A stretch of 49,015 bases of DNA from Clostridia bacterium (GTDB lineage: Bacteria; Bacillota; Clostridia; Oscillospirales; CAG-272): positions 71,871 to 120,885 of the forward strand of contig JAFTOT010000087.1 of the NCBI GenBank assembly GCA_017463665.1. The letters run 5' to 3'. The notes beneath the pieces are model-generated. The model did not search any database, was not told where the DNA came from, and saw only the letters and a program-made list of their open reading frames with translations. Positions 36,801-43,539 of the stretch are shown here, in pieces (position 1 is the first letter of the stretch; the number at the start of each line of letters is the position of its first letter). A program made the translations under genes and the position numbers.

Positions 36801-38384
36801 ACAAGATCGCCGCGCACAGCCGATATGCGCGGCTGGTTTCTCTGCGTTGCGGTAGACAAGGACAGCGTCAAGAGCTGCACATCCTTCGACGCGGATCTGA
36901 ATGCGCTCACCGATACGGAACAGCTCGTCGGCACGTGGAAAACGGTAGCCTCCAACATGGGCGGTGACTATATGCCATCGGCGACAAAGGCATCGTACTA
37001 TACCTTTCGCGCCGACGGCACGGGAACGCAGATCGACGGAGAGGACGAGATCCCGTTTACCTACACGACCGAGGGACGCTTGATGACGATACGGCTGTCG
37101 AATAACGCCGCAAAGCATTTTGTCTACAGGATAAGCGGCGATATGCTCAGCTTTAGCGGTGAATATAATTCGGATGTGCAAGCCACGCTGCAAAAGACGA
37201 CCATCGTGACAGACACCATGCTCGGCGATGCGCTGTTTACGGCAAAGCTGTTTCAAAACGGCAGTGCCGCGACCGTCCATGTAACCGATACCGGTGACCA
37301 AACGGTCAAGCTGTCCGTCTGCAAAAACGGTATCGAGACATGGAGCACGACGCTTGGCACTGCACATGCGGGTTGGGCATCCTACCATCTGTGTCGGCGG
37401 GGTGAGCAGGACTATATTCTCGAATATACACCGACCATGTATCAAGGCGCGGCAACCTATACATACACGCTGTTTTACCTGAATGGGAACGGCGATGCGG
37501 TGAAGCGGGCGAGTGATACGCTGACATTTGATACGAATGATCTCGTGCCGATAGATGTGGATATAATCTTCTCTTTCGTAGACGGGATCAACGACTTGCT
37601 CGGGGAAAGTGATCTGATCGTAAGTACGCTGAACGGCAATAAGCAGATCGGCTCGGAGACGGCTCCCGTGCATTTGACGGAAACGCTGTCTTGGCTGGAT
37701 GATGGCGGCGTGCAGTATTCGGACGGTGATACTCTGCGCGAAAAACTGACCAAGTATATCGCGGCGAACACAAGCGGTGTCCGATATAAATCGCTGGCAA
37801 AGGCAGATGCCTACGATGTCGAAGTTCTTGCGAAAGAAGATAGTTTGTACACATACACCGAATTTATGCTCAAAGTAGGAGAAAAGGAAAAACAGTTCAG
37901 CGGAAAGTGTTTTTGGTTGGATATATCTATACATGCTCCGACTGTGCATGTCGAAGACCTGACGGATGACGGATATCCCGAGATCATCGTAGTATTTGAA
38001 TGCAACAGCGGCACATGCACATACCAAGAAGATATACATGTATTTGATTCTCGCACGCTGGAAGAATACGAGGTCGAAAAAGTATACGAGACGATCGGAA
38101 ACTACGTGCCCATCACCATAGACGATAAAGCGTTTTATTTGCAGACGACCGACGGCGTGCGCAAGATCGACAAAATGGTATTCTATCCCGATTACGAGCC
38201 GGAGAACCTGTGGAATCGAATCGACCTTACGAGCATGTATCGGTATTCGGTATCGGATGGCGTACTGCGTATTACAATGCAATGCCAGATTGCTCCCTCG
38301 GCAGCATACGGTGCAGTAGTTGCAAACTATGCGTTCGAGAATGGCAAATTCGTATACGATACATCGACGTTTGTTGCACCGTAA
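33885..38384 (+). CDS. M56 (BlaR1/MecR1-like) signal-transducing metalloprotease with ~1170-aa non-PBP modular ectodomain
   Basis: The N-terminal ~320 aa contain TM helices plus LAHERAHLRRRDHWWK (HExxH). The remainder has three A modules, three B modules and a unique C-terminal region. It starts 3 nt after the blaI-like stop. Confidence 0.85.
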   Translation: MTAIFLKLLNMSITASWLVLAVVVLRLLLKKAPKAITCALWALVAIRLLCPFSIESMFSLIPSAEPVSPEIVYTEKPTVNTPAESPVQTVTPNIAEPTLPTAPIEPTVPAVSTDPVEIALTVASAVWILGIVCMTVYALVSYLRLRKKVAEAVEIEQNVYLCDHVDTPFILGIFRPRIYLPSAIGETDMRYVLAHERAHLRRRDHWWKPLGFALLTVYWFNPVLWVAYVLLCRDIELACDERVIRDMGVEDKKAYTSALLNCSIPRKMIAACPLAFGEVGVKARIKSVLHYKKPAFWIILVAVIATIAVAVGFLTDPKEDVRDADIIYRAQIAYGPTANGVHASAESEKGRKLLGLYEEPLRKFDSADELDAFKTEFSDIFVMDATYNAISSFNSASKKYDADFFAKNALFVWYAQSTSGTWRYTVDSVVRDGEKLTINIAVENAIEVNDYRGWFLFVSVEKEAIKGCTDFAVQTNADGVLSYRQAPYFSAKVAHAGIPENMDIYNGSLNTEKLFVDGPEHLPIYEFENTAELDAFKTKFTDALSLTEGDGEIPSFAEVTASYDDAFFEEYFLLAIYRRTSCRDDRYAVAGVYVGDTSLTVHVQQITYGEVQEETGMFFLVAVDNKYAPYCTEFDAYMVYKSVENPIVGVWSNGAAGEASVVFKFNADGTGEKNEPQGENVYISSYFTYEAEDGILKIAYGKSLSNVQDPLWYEQYTYTIKDGYLTLQMGTEELVLFAPMTDSKLLGTWQTEGTSDATGFTLTFYADGRGFESGGGNSRAFTYATNGETLWVTYTADIPDGEVSVFGNGLSLGGECAYTFDGDTVTIAQAYQTDRNVVFTKVYPDTEETAAVDTPYEATLAHVNYISKNDAIFTGALNSDKMAISSVRHLPIRKFDSKEALDAFKAEFADDLSKQSRDEVPSFEAVSAKYDEDFFASHTLFIVYVQASSGSCRYEVGSVYNDGKNFAVHAEVTRSPRTADMRGWFLCVAVDKDSVKSCTSFDADLNALTDTEQLVGTWKTVASNMGGDYMPSATKASYYTFRADGTGTQIDGEDEIPFTYTTEGRLMTIRLSNNAAKHFVYRISGDMLSFSGEYNSDVQATLQKTTIVTDTMLGDALFTAKLFQNGSAATVHVTDTGDQTVKLSVCKNGIETWSTTLGTAHAGWASYHLCRRGEQDYILEYTPTMYQGAATYTYTLFYLNGNGDAVKRASDTLTFDTNDLVPIDVDIIFSFVDGINDLLGESDLIVSTLNGNKQIGSETAPVHLTETLSWLDDGGVQYSDGDTLREKLTKYIAANTSGVRYKSLAKADAYDVEVLAKEDSLYTYTEFMLKVGEKEKQFSGKCFWLDISIHAPTVHVEDLTDDGYPEIIVVFECNSGTCTYQEDIHVFDSRTLEEYEVEKVYETIGNYVPITIDDKAFYLQTTDGVRKIDKMVFYPDYEPENLWNRIDLTSMYRYSVSDGVLRITMQCQIAPSAAYGAVVANYAFENGKFVYDTSTFVAP

Positions 38385-38412
38385 AAACTTTGCTTTTACC
38401 TATCTTTCTTTC

Positions 38413-38449
38413 CAAACCAAAAAGCCGCTTCGGCGGCTTTTTTGGTTTG
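38413..38449. terminator. bidirectional intrinsic terminator
   Basis: CAAACCAAAAAGCCGC-TTCG-GCGGCTTTTTTGGTTTG. Confidence 0.8.
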
Positions 38450-38496
38450 CGGCAAAAGATTGTTTGTGTGTGTAACGGCTTCACACAAACCGGTAG

Positions 38497-38589
38497 GGTG
38501 CGGCGTCTTCGACGCACCGCATGAACAAAAGCAAAACGGGAGGGGAGACCCCTCCCCTACGATGGTTGCTTGTTGTCGCGGGGGCTTTT
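38497..38589. repeat. cluster of GC-rich hairpins and short repeats
   Basis: GGTGCG-N10-CGCACC at 38497-38518 and GGGAGGGG-AGAC-CCCTCCC at 38538-38557. GGCTTTTGGTTTGCGG at 38574-38589 repeats the right arm of the terminator. Confidence 0.5.
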
Positions 38590-38598
38590 GGTTTGCGG

Positions 38599-39117
38599 TT
38601 ATTTCAGCAGTGCGGCTCTTTTTTTGTAGTCGGGGAGATACGTCTCGACCATTTGCCAAAAGGCGGGGGAGTGGTCGAAGTGCCGCAGGTGGCAGAGCTC
38701 GTGCACCACGATGTAGTCCCACGTCTCCTCTGGGTAGAGCATCAGCCGAAAGGAGTAGTTGATGCTGCCTTTGGCACTGCAGGAGCCGAAGCGTCCTTTC
38801 GCGCTTGTGATGCCGATGTGCGTATAGGTGACGCCCATTTTGGCGGCATAATACGCTGTTTTTTCGCTGAGGACGGCGAGCGCCTTTTCTTTGAGCGCGA
38901 CAATCTCGTCCTCGCTGAGCGCGGGCATGCGGGCAAGCTTTGCCTTGGCTTTTTCCTGCTTTTCGGCGATCCACGCGGTGTGCGCTGCGAGAAATGCCTC
39001 GATCTGCCCCACAGGCATCTGCAGCGGGGCATGCACGATCAGCTTTGCCTCGCGGTTGATCTCTATAGAAAGCGTGCGGCGCATAGAACGCCGCAGCTCA
39101 TATTCGGGAATGCTCAC
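38599..39117 (-). CDS. YgjP-like M48/DUF45 metallopeptidase-fold protein
   Basis: The protein is 172 aa: YIVVHELCHLRHFDHSPAFW carries the HExxH motif in the DUF45 context. Confidence 0.8.
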   Translation of the reverse strand: MSIPEYELRRSMRRTLSIEINREAKLIVHAPLQMPVGQIEAFLAAHTAWIAEKQEKAKAKLARMPALSEDEIVALKEKALAVLSEKTAYYAAKMGVTYTHIGITSAKGRFGSCSAKGSINYSFRLMLYPEETWDYIVVHELCHLRHFDHSPAFWQMVETYLPDYKKRAALLK

Positions 39118-40223
39118 TTGACTTCGATCAGTTCATACTGCATGGTGCCGATGCCGATCTTTTCGCCGTGGATCAACTGCGTTTTCCATGCAGTGTTGGG
39201 AGCAATGTCGGTGAAGTGGTCGCCGTGCGTGTGCTCGACTTCCTCAAGAATGGAGCCTGCCGCGATGGGTGCTTGCAGCACTGCCTCTGCGCATGCCATG
39301 TCGAGCGCGACGGGGTCAAACGATGCGAACATGCCGATGTCGGAAACAACGGGCACATCGTTTTCGCCGTGGCAGTCGCAGTTCGGGGAAACGTCGATGA
39401 CAAGGCTGATGTGGAAGTTCGGTCTGCCGTCGATGATCGCCTTGGTGTACTCGGCGATCTTCGCGTTGAGGATCTCGCCCTTTTCGTCCATGGATGCTAC
39501 GATGGCATCCTTGGGACATACGCCGATGCAGCGACCGCAGCCCGCGCACTTGTTATGGTCGATGTGCGCCTTTCTGTTTTCGATCACGGGGGCATCATGC
39601 GCGCAAATGCGTACGCATGCGCCGCAGCCGATGCAGCGCGTCTGCTTGACGGACGGCTTGCCCGCGCTGTGCATTTCCATCTTGCCCGCGCGGCTGCCGC
39701 CGCCCATGCCGATGTTCTTCAGCGCGCCGCCGAAGCCCGCACACTCATGTCCCTTGAAATGGCTCATCGAGATCACGACATCCGCGTCCATCAGTGCGCG
39801 GCCGATCTTAGCTTCTTTCACGTATTCGCCGCCGACAACGGGAACGAGCGCTTCATCGGTGCCTTTAAGACCGTCGGCGATAATGGTATGTACACCCGTC
39901 TGGAAGGGGTTGTAGCCGTTGGTATATGCGCTGTCGAGGTGGTCGAGCGCGTTTTTGCGTCCGCCGACATACAGGGTGTTGCAGTCGGTGAGGAACGGCT
40001 TGCCGCCGAGCTCCTTGACGTAGTCGCAGACGACCTTTGCATAGTTCGGGCGCAGGTAAGCGAGGTTGCCCGGCTCGCCGAAGTGGATCTTGACGGCGGT
40101 ATACTTGCCGTCAAAGTCGATCTGCTCCATGCCTGCGGCTTTCAGCAGACGCTTCAGCTTTGCGAGCAGGCTGTCGCCGACCTTTGTGCGCATGGATGTA
40201 TAATAAACCTTAGATGCTTCCAT
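39114..40223 (-). CDS. DUF362-domain protein with inserted 2x[4Fe-4S] ferredoxin motif
   Basis: CIGCGACVRICAHDAP and CAGCGRCIGVCPKDA sit within a DUF362-like scaffold (KIHFGEPGN...FLTDCNTLY...HFKGHECAGFGGALKNIGMG). I prefer ATG 40223, after GGAGG, over the track start at 40424. Confidence 0.8.
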   Translation of the reverse strand: MEASKVYYTSMRTKVGDSLLAKLKRLLKAAGMEQIDFDGKYTAVKIHFGEPGNLAYLRPNYAKVVCDYVKELGGKPFLTDCNTLYVGGRKNALDHLDSAYTNGYNPFQTGVHTIIADGLKGTDEALVPVVGGEYVKEAKIGRALMDADVVISMSHFKGHECAGFGGALKNIGMGGGSRAGKMEMHSAGKPSVKQTRCIGCGACVRICAHDAPVIENRKAHIDHNKCAGCGRCIGVCPKDAIVASMDEKGEILNAKIAEYTKAIIDGRPNFHISLVIDVSPNCDCHGENDVPVVSDIGMFASFDPVALDMACAEAVLQAPIAAGSILEEVEHTHGDHFTDIAPNTAWKTQLIHGEKIGIGTMQYELIEVK

Positions 40224-40336
40224 AATTGACCTCCGAGTTTTTTCATTGCTATTATTGTATACGATTTCGGCGGCAAATTCAATAGAAATTTCCGCCGATG
40301 TTTTCGCGGGGAAATAAGCTGTGATGGGGAGGGAAT

Positions 40337-40556
40337 GTTTACGCGCAAAGCGCGTAAACAGCGATATAAATCCCTGACGGGATTTTCGATATGCCCGTCG
40401 GGCGCGATATGTGCCTGACGGCACGCGATATGTCCTGCGGGACGAGAGGGATTTATATCATATCGCAAGCACGCAGTGCTTATATCGAAACCGAGCTCTG
40501 CGAGGTTATATCGTGCGGCACCGCCGCATATCGCCTTAGCGGCAAAGCCGCTAAAC
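40337..40556. repeat. word-plus-hairpin mirror array (word CGATAT / ATATCG)
   Basis: CGATAT occurs at 40362, 40387, 40405 and 40426. ATATCG occurs at 40460, 40482, 40508 and 40528. The words are separated by hairpins: AAATCCC-TGAC-GGGATTT, GCCC-GTC-GGGC, GTGCC-TGAC-GGCAC, GTCC-TGCG-GGAC, AAGCAC-GCA-GTGCTT and TGCGGC-ACC-GCCGCA. The array is flanked by GTTTACGCGC-AAA-GCGCGTAAAC and TTAGCGGC-AAA-GCCGCTAA. Confidence 0.8.
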
Positions 40557-41429
40557 TCACAAGTCCTCATTGAACTGATCCTTGTATCCCTTGCCGAATA
40601 TTTCTGTCGCGCTGGAGATGATCATAAACGCAGAGGGATCGACGGCTTTGACTACGTCGCGGACCTTGGGGAAGGTGTGCTTCTTTGCGGCGCAGAAAAT
40701 GACCTTCTTCGGTGTCTGCATATACGCGCCCTCGCCCGTGAGCAGCGTGACGCCGAGATCCACTTTCACGAGCAGTTCGTCGGTGATCTCCCCATACTTG
40801 TCGCTGATGATGAAGATCAGCTTTGCGCTATCGCCGCCGTAGAGCACTTTGTCGAGCATGACGCTTTCCACGACCATGGCGATCGCCGAATAGACCGACA
40901 GCTCAAAATTGCCGAAGGCGATCAGCGTTGCCGTAACGACCACGGCGTTGACGATCATCGCCATGCTGCCCGTGCGGATATGACGGTACTTTTTGCGCAG
41001 AATTTTGATCACGATATCGGTGCCGCCCGTGCAGCCGCCCGAGCGGTAGACGAGTCCGAGACCGATCGCATCAAAAAATGCACCGCAGAGTGCCGCCACG
41101 ATCAGATCATCCGTCAGCGGTACGACCTTTGCCGCGAGCGGCTCAAGGATATTCATCAGTACCGAAGCAAACGAGGTGGCGTAGATGGTCAGGAAGAAAA
41201 ACTTTTTTCCCAGACGAAACCACGCCAAAATCAACAGCGGGATGTTTAAAAGCAGTACGAGTGTACCGGTGGACACAGCAGGGAAGAGGTTGCTGATAAT
41301 AACGGCAAAACCGGTCAGTCCGCCGGGTGCGAGCATGGAAGGATCGTAGAAAAAGGTCACGGCGACGGCGAACAGCGATGCACCGAGGGTGGCAAGCAGC
41401 AGGCTTTTCCCAAGAGACTTTGTTTTCAT
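40557..41429 (-). CDS. YitT-family membrane protein (DUF2179 C-terminal domain)
   Basis: The protein is 290 aa with five or six TM helices and GGCTGGTDI. The C-terminal soluble domain reads VTLLTGEGAYM...VRDVVKAVDPSAFMII. Confidence 0.85.
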   Translation of the reverse strand: MKTKSLGKSLLLATLGASLFAVAVTFFYDPSMLAPGGLTGFAVIISNLFPAVSTGTLVLLLNIPLLILAWFRLGKKFFFLTIYATSFASVLMNILEPLAAKVVPLTDDLIVAALCGAFFDAIGLGLVYRSGGCTGGTDIVIKILRKKYRHIRTGSMAMIVNAVVVTATLIAFGNFELSVYSAIAMVVESVMLDKVLYGGDSAKLIFIISDKYGEITDELLVKVDLGVTLLTGEGAYMQTPKKVIFCAAKKHTFPKVRDVVKAVDPSAFMIISSATEIFGKGYKDQFNEDL

Positions 41430-41508
41430 AAAAACGCCTCCGGTTGTTTTTATTCAACTATAGTATAGCATGAAATTCGATGCAGATATATTATTTTTAA
41501 AAAAAGTG

Positions 41509-41537
41509 TTACAATTCTCTTGTATTTGTGCTACAAT
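41509..41537 (+). promoter_or_regulatory. sigma-A promoter of the hydrolase gene
   Basis: TTACAA (41509-41514), 17 nt, TACAAT (41532-41537). Confidence 0.5.
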
Positions 41538-41569
41538 ACTGTAAAACTATTTTCGTATGGAGACAGACT

Positions 41570-42520
41570 ATGTTTTGGACGGCTTTCGGGATCATTACGG
41601 CGGTGATCGTCGTTGTACTTTCGGCACTGCTGCTGTTTATCTGCCGCAAGATGTTTGATCTTGCGCTGGTGCGCGGCAACAAGGTCATCGGCGGGGACGG
41701 CTTTGAGGAGCAGCTTGCCGATTTCAAGGGCGAGTGGGAAGCGGGAAAGGCGCTCTATGATTCCATCGCCAAAGAGGATGTGTGGATCACGAGCTTTGAC
41801 GGGCTGAGGCTGCACGGTGAGCTCCTTAAAAACGGCGACGGCAAGAAACTGCTGATCGAGGTACACGGCTTCCGTTCGAGCGCGAAGCACGATTTTATTG
41901 CGGCGATGCCGTATTTCTACGGGAAAGGCTTCAGCATTCTGCTGATCGATCTGCGCGCGCACGGAGAGAGCGAGGGCGAGTACATTACATACGGTGTGCA
42001 TGAGCGCTGCGATCTGCGCGACTGGGTATACTTTGCCATGGAAAAGCTCGGTGCCGATATCGAGATCGTCCTGCACGGCATTTCGATGGGTGCGTCCACG
42101 GTGCTGATGACAAGTGCGCTCGATCTGCCCGAAAATGTGCGCGGTATCATCGCGGACAGCGGCTATACTTCGCCGTATGATATCTTTGTCCGTGTGTTGG
42201 AGCACTCCTTCCACGCAAAACCGTTCCCGATCCTGCCGATCACGCAGCTGATGGCGGAGCATAAGGCAAATTTCGGCTTCAAGGACGCGTCCACTTTGGA
42301 CGCGATGGCGGAGAACACCATCCCCGTCTTGTTCGTGCACGGCGAGGACGATGACTTCGTGCCGATCGAGATGAGCGAGGCTAACTACAACGTCTGCAAG
42401 GCGGAAAAGCAGTTTGTCCGCGTGCCCGGCGCGCGCCATGCCTGCGGCTATGTCGTGGACAAAGAGCGCTGCGAAGCGGCGTTGGATGCGTTTTTTGAGC
42501 ATGCATTCCAAAATGCATGA
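41570..42520 (+). CDS. membrane-anchored alpha/beta hydrolase
   Basis: I prefer ATG 41570, after GGAGA. There is an N-terminal TM helix, the nucleophile elbow GISMGAS, and the later motifs HGEDDDFVP and ARHA. Confidence 0.8.
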   Translation: MFWTAFGIITAVIVVVLSALLLFICRKMFDLALVRGNKVIGGDGFEEQLADFKGEWEAGKALYDSIAKEDVWITSFDGLRLHGELLKNGDGKKLLIEVHGFRSSAKHDFIAAMPYFYGKGFSILLIDLRAHGESEGEYITYGVHERCDLRDWVYFAMEKLGADIEIVLHGISMGASTVLMTSALDLPENVRGIIADSGYTSPYDIFVRVLEHSFHAKPFPILPITQLMAEHKANFGFKDASTLDAMAENTIPVLFVHGEDDDFVPIEMSEANYNVCKAEKQFVRVPGARHACGYVVDKERCEAALDAFFEHAFQNA

Positions 42521-42537
42521 TGCTTTGCTGAAAAATG

Positions 42538-42587
42538 AAAAATCCTGCAAAAATTCTAAAAAACGGTGGAATTTTTGCAGGATTTTT
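42538..42587 (+). terminator. intrinsic terminator (18-bp A/T-flanked stem)
   Basis: AAAAATCCTGCAAAAATT-N14-AATTTTTGCAGGATTTTT. Confidence 0.75.
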
Positions 42588-42588
42588 G

Positions 42589-42617
42589 TTGACTTCTTGC
42601 ATTTGATTTGCTATAAT
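42589..42617 (+). promoter_or_regulatory. sigma-A promoter of rpiR and the downstream gene string
   Basis: TTGACT (42589-42594), 17 nt, TATAAT (42612-42617). Confidence 0.7.
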
Positions 42618-42674
42618 AAAAAGGATGCTTGTACACGCAAGCACAATGACAGTATACAGTAAGAGAGTGTTGAA

Positions 42675-43538
42675 ATGAGAAAAGATCTGATCCGCGAGAT
42701 CGAAGAAATGATGCCCACGTTTTCCAAGGGGCAGAAGACCATTGCAAACTATTTGATCCACAACTACGATAAAGCGGCATATCTCACCGCATCCCGTCTC
42801 GGCAAAGAGGTCGGCGTATCCGAGTCCACGGTCGTGCGCTTTGCGATCGAGCTCGGCTTTGACGGCTATCCGGGGCTCCAGCATTCCTTGCAGGAGATCA
42901 TCCGTACGCGCCTGACTACAAAGCAGCGTATGGAGGTCACCAACACGCGCATCGGCAACGGCGACATTCTGAACAGCGTTTTGGAGTCGGACATCGATAA
43001 TATCCGCCGCACGATGGAGGAGATCAACCGTGAGGATTTCAGCGAGGCGGTACGCAAGATCATTTCTGCCAAGAATATTTATATCCTCGGTATGCGTTCT
43101 TCCGGCTCTTTGGCAAGTTTTTTGGCGCATTACTTCCGCTTGATCTTTGACAATGTCCGTCTGGTGCAGGCGACCAGCGGCAGTGAGGTTTTTGAACAGA
43201 TGCTGCGCATCGGTGATGGCGATGTGATGATCGCCATCAGCTTCCCGCGCTACAGCGCCCGTCTCATCAACGCGGTCGCATACGCAAAAGAGCAGGGGGC
43301 AAACATCGTTGCCGTGACCGACAGCGTGCTCTCGCCCATCGCGCCGTATGCCAACCAGACGCTTGCCTGCCGCAGCGATATGGCATCCATCGTGGATTCC
43401 TTCGTGGCGCCGCTCAGCATTCTCAACGCGCTGGTCGTGGCAATTGCCAAGGAGATGCAGGACGATCTCAGTGACGTATTTGACAAGCTCGAACGCATCT
43501 GGGATGAGTTCAATGCGTATGCAAAGGTGCACGACTGA
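42675..43538 (+). CDS. MurR/RpiR-family transcriptional regulator (HTH + SIS domain)
   Basis: The HTH_6 region reads FSKGQKTIANYLIHNYDKAAYLTASRLGKEVGVSESTVVRFA. The SIS region reads IYILGMRSSGSLASFL. Confidence 0.88.
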   Translation: MRKDLIREIEEMMPTFSKGQKTIANYLIHNYDKAAYLTASRLGKEVGVSESTVVRFAIELGFDGYPGLQHSLQEIIRTRLTTKQRMEVTNTRIGNGDILNSVLESDIDNIRRTMEEINREDFSEAVRKIISAKNIYILGMRSSGSLASFLAHYFRLIFDNVRLVQATSGSEVFEQMLRIGDGDVMIAISFPRYSARLINAVAYAKEQGANIVAVTDSVLSPIAPYANQTLACRSDMASIVDSFVAPLSILNALVVAIAKEMQDDLSDVFDKLERIWDEFNAYAKVHD

Positions 43539-43539
43539 T

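Noticed and set aside
35997-38282. A 761-aa minus-strand ORF inside the BlaR1-like gene.
   Set aside because: The plus-strand frame has coherent internal protein repeats and continues the M56 domain. The minus frame is Arg/His/Ile/Cys-rich with no features.
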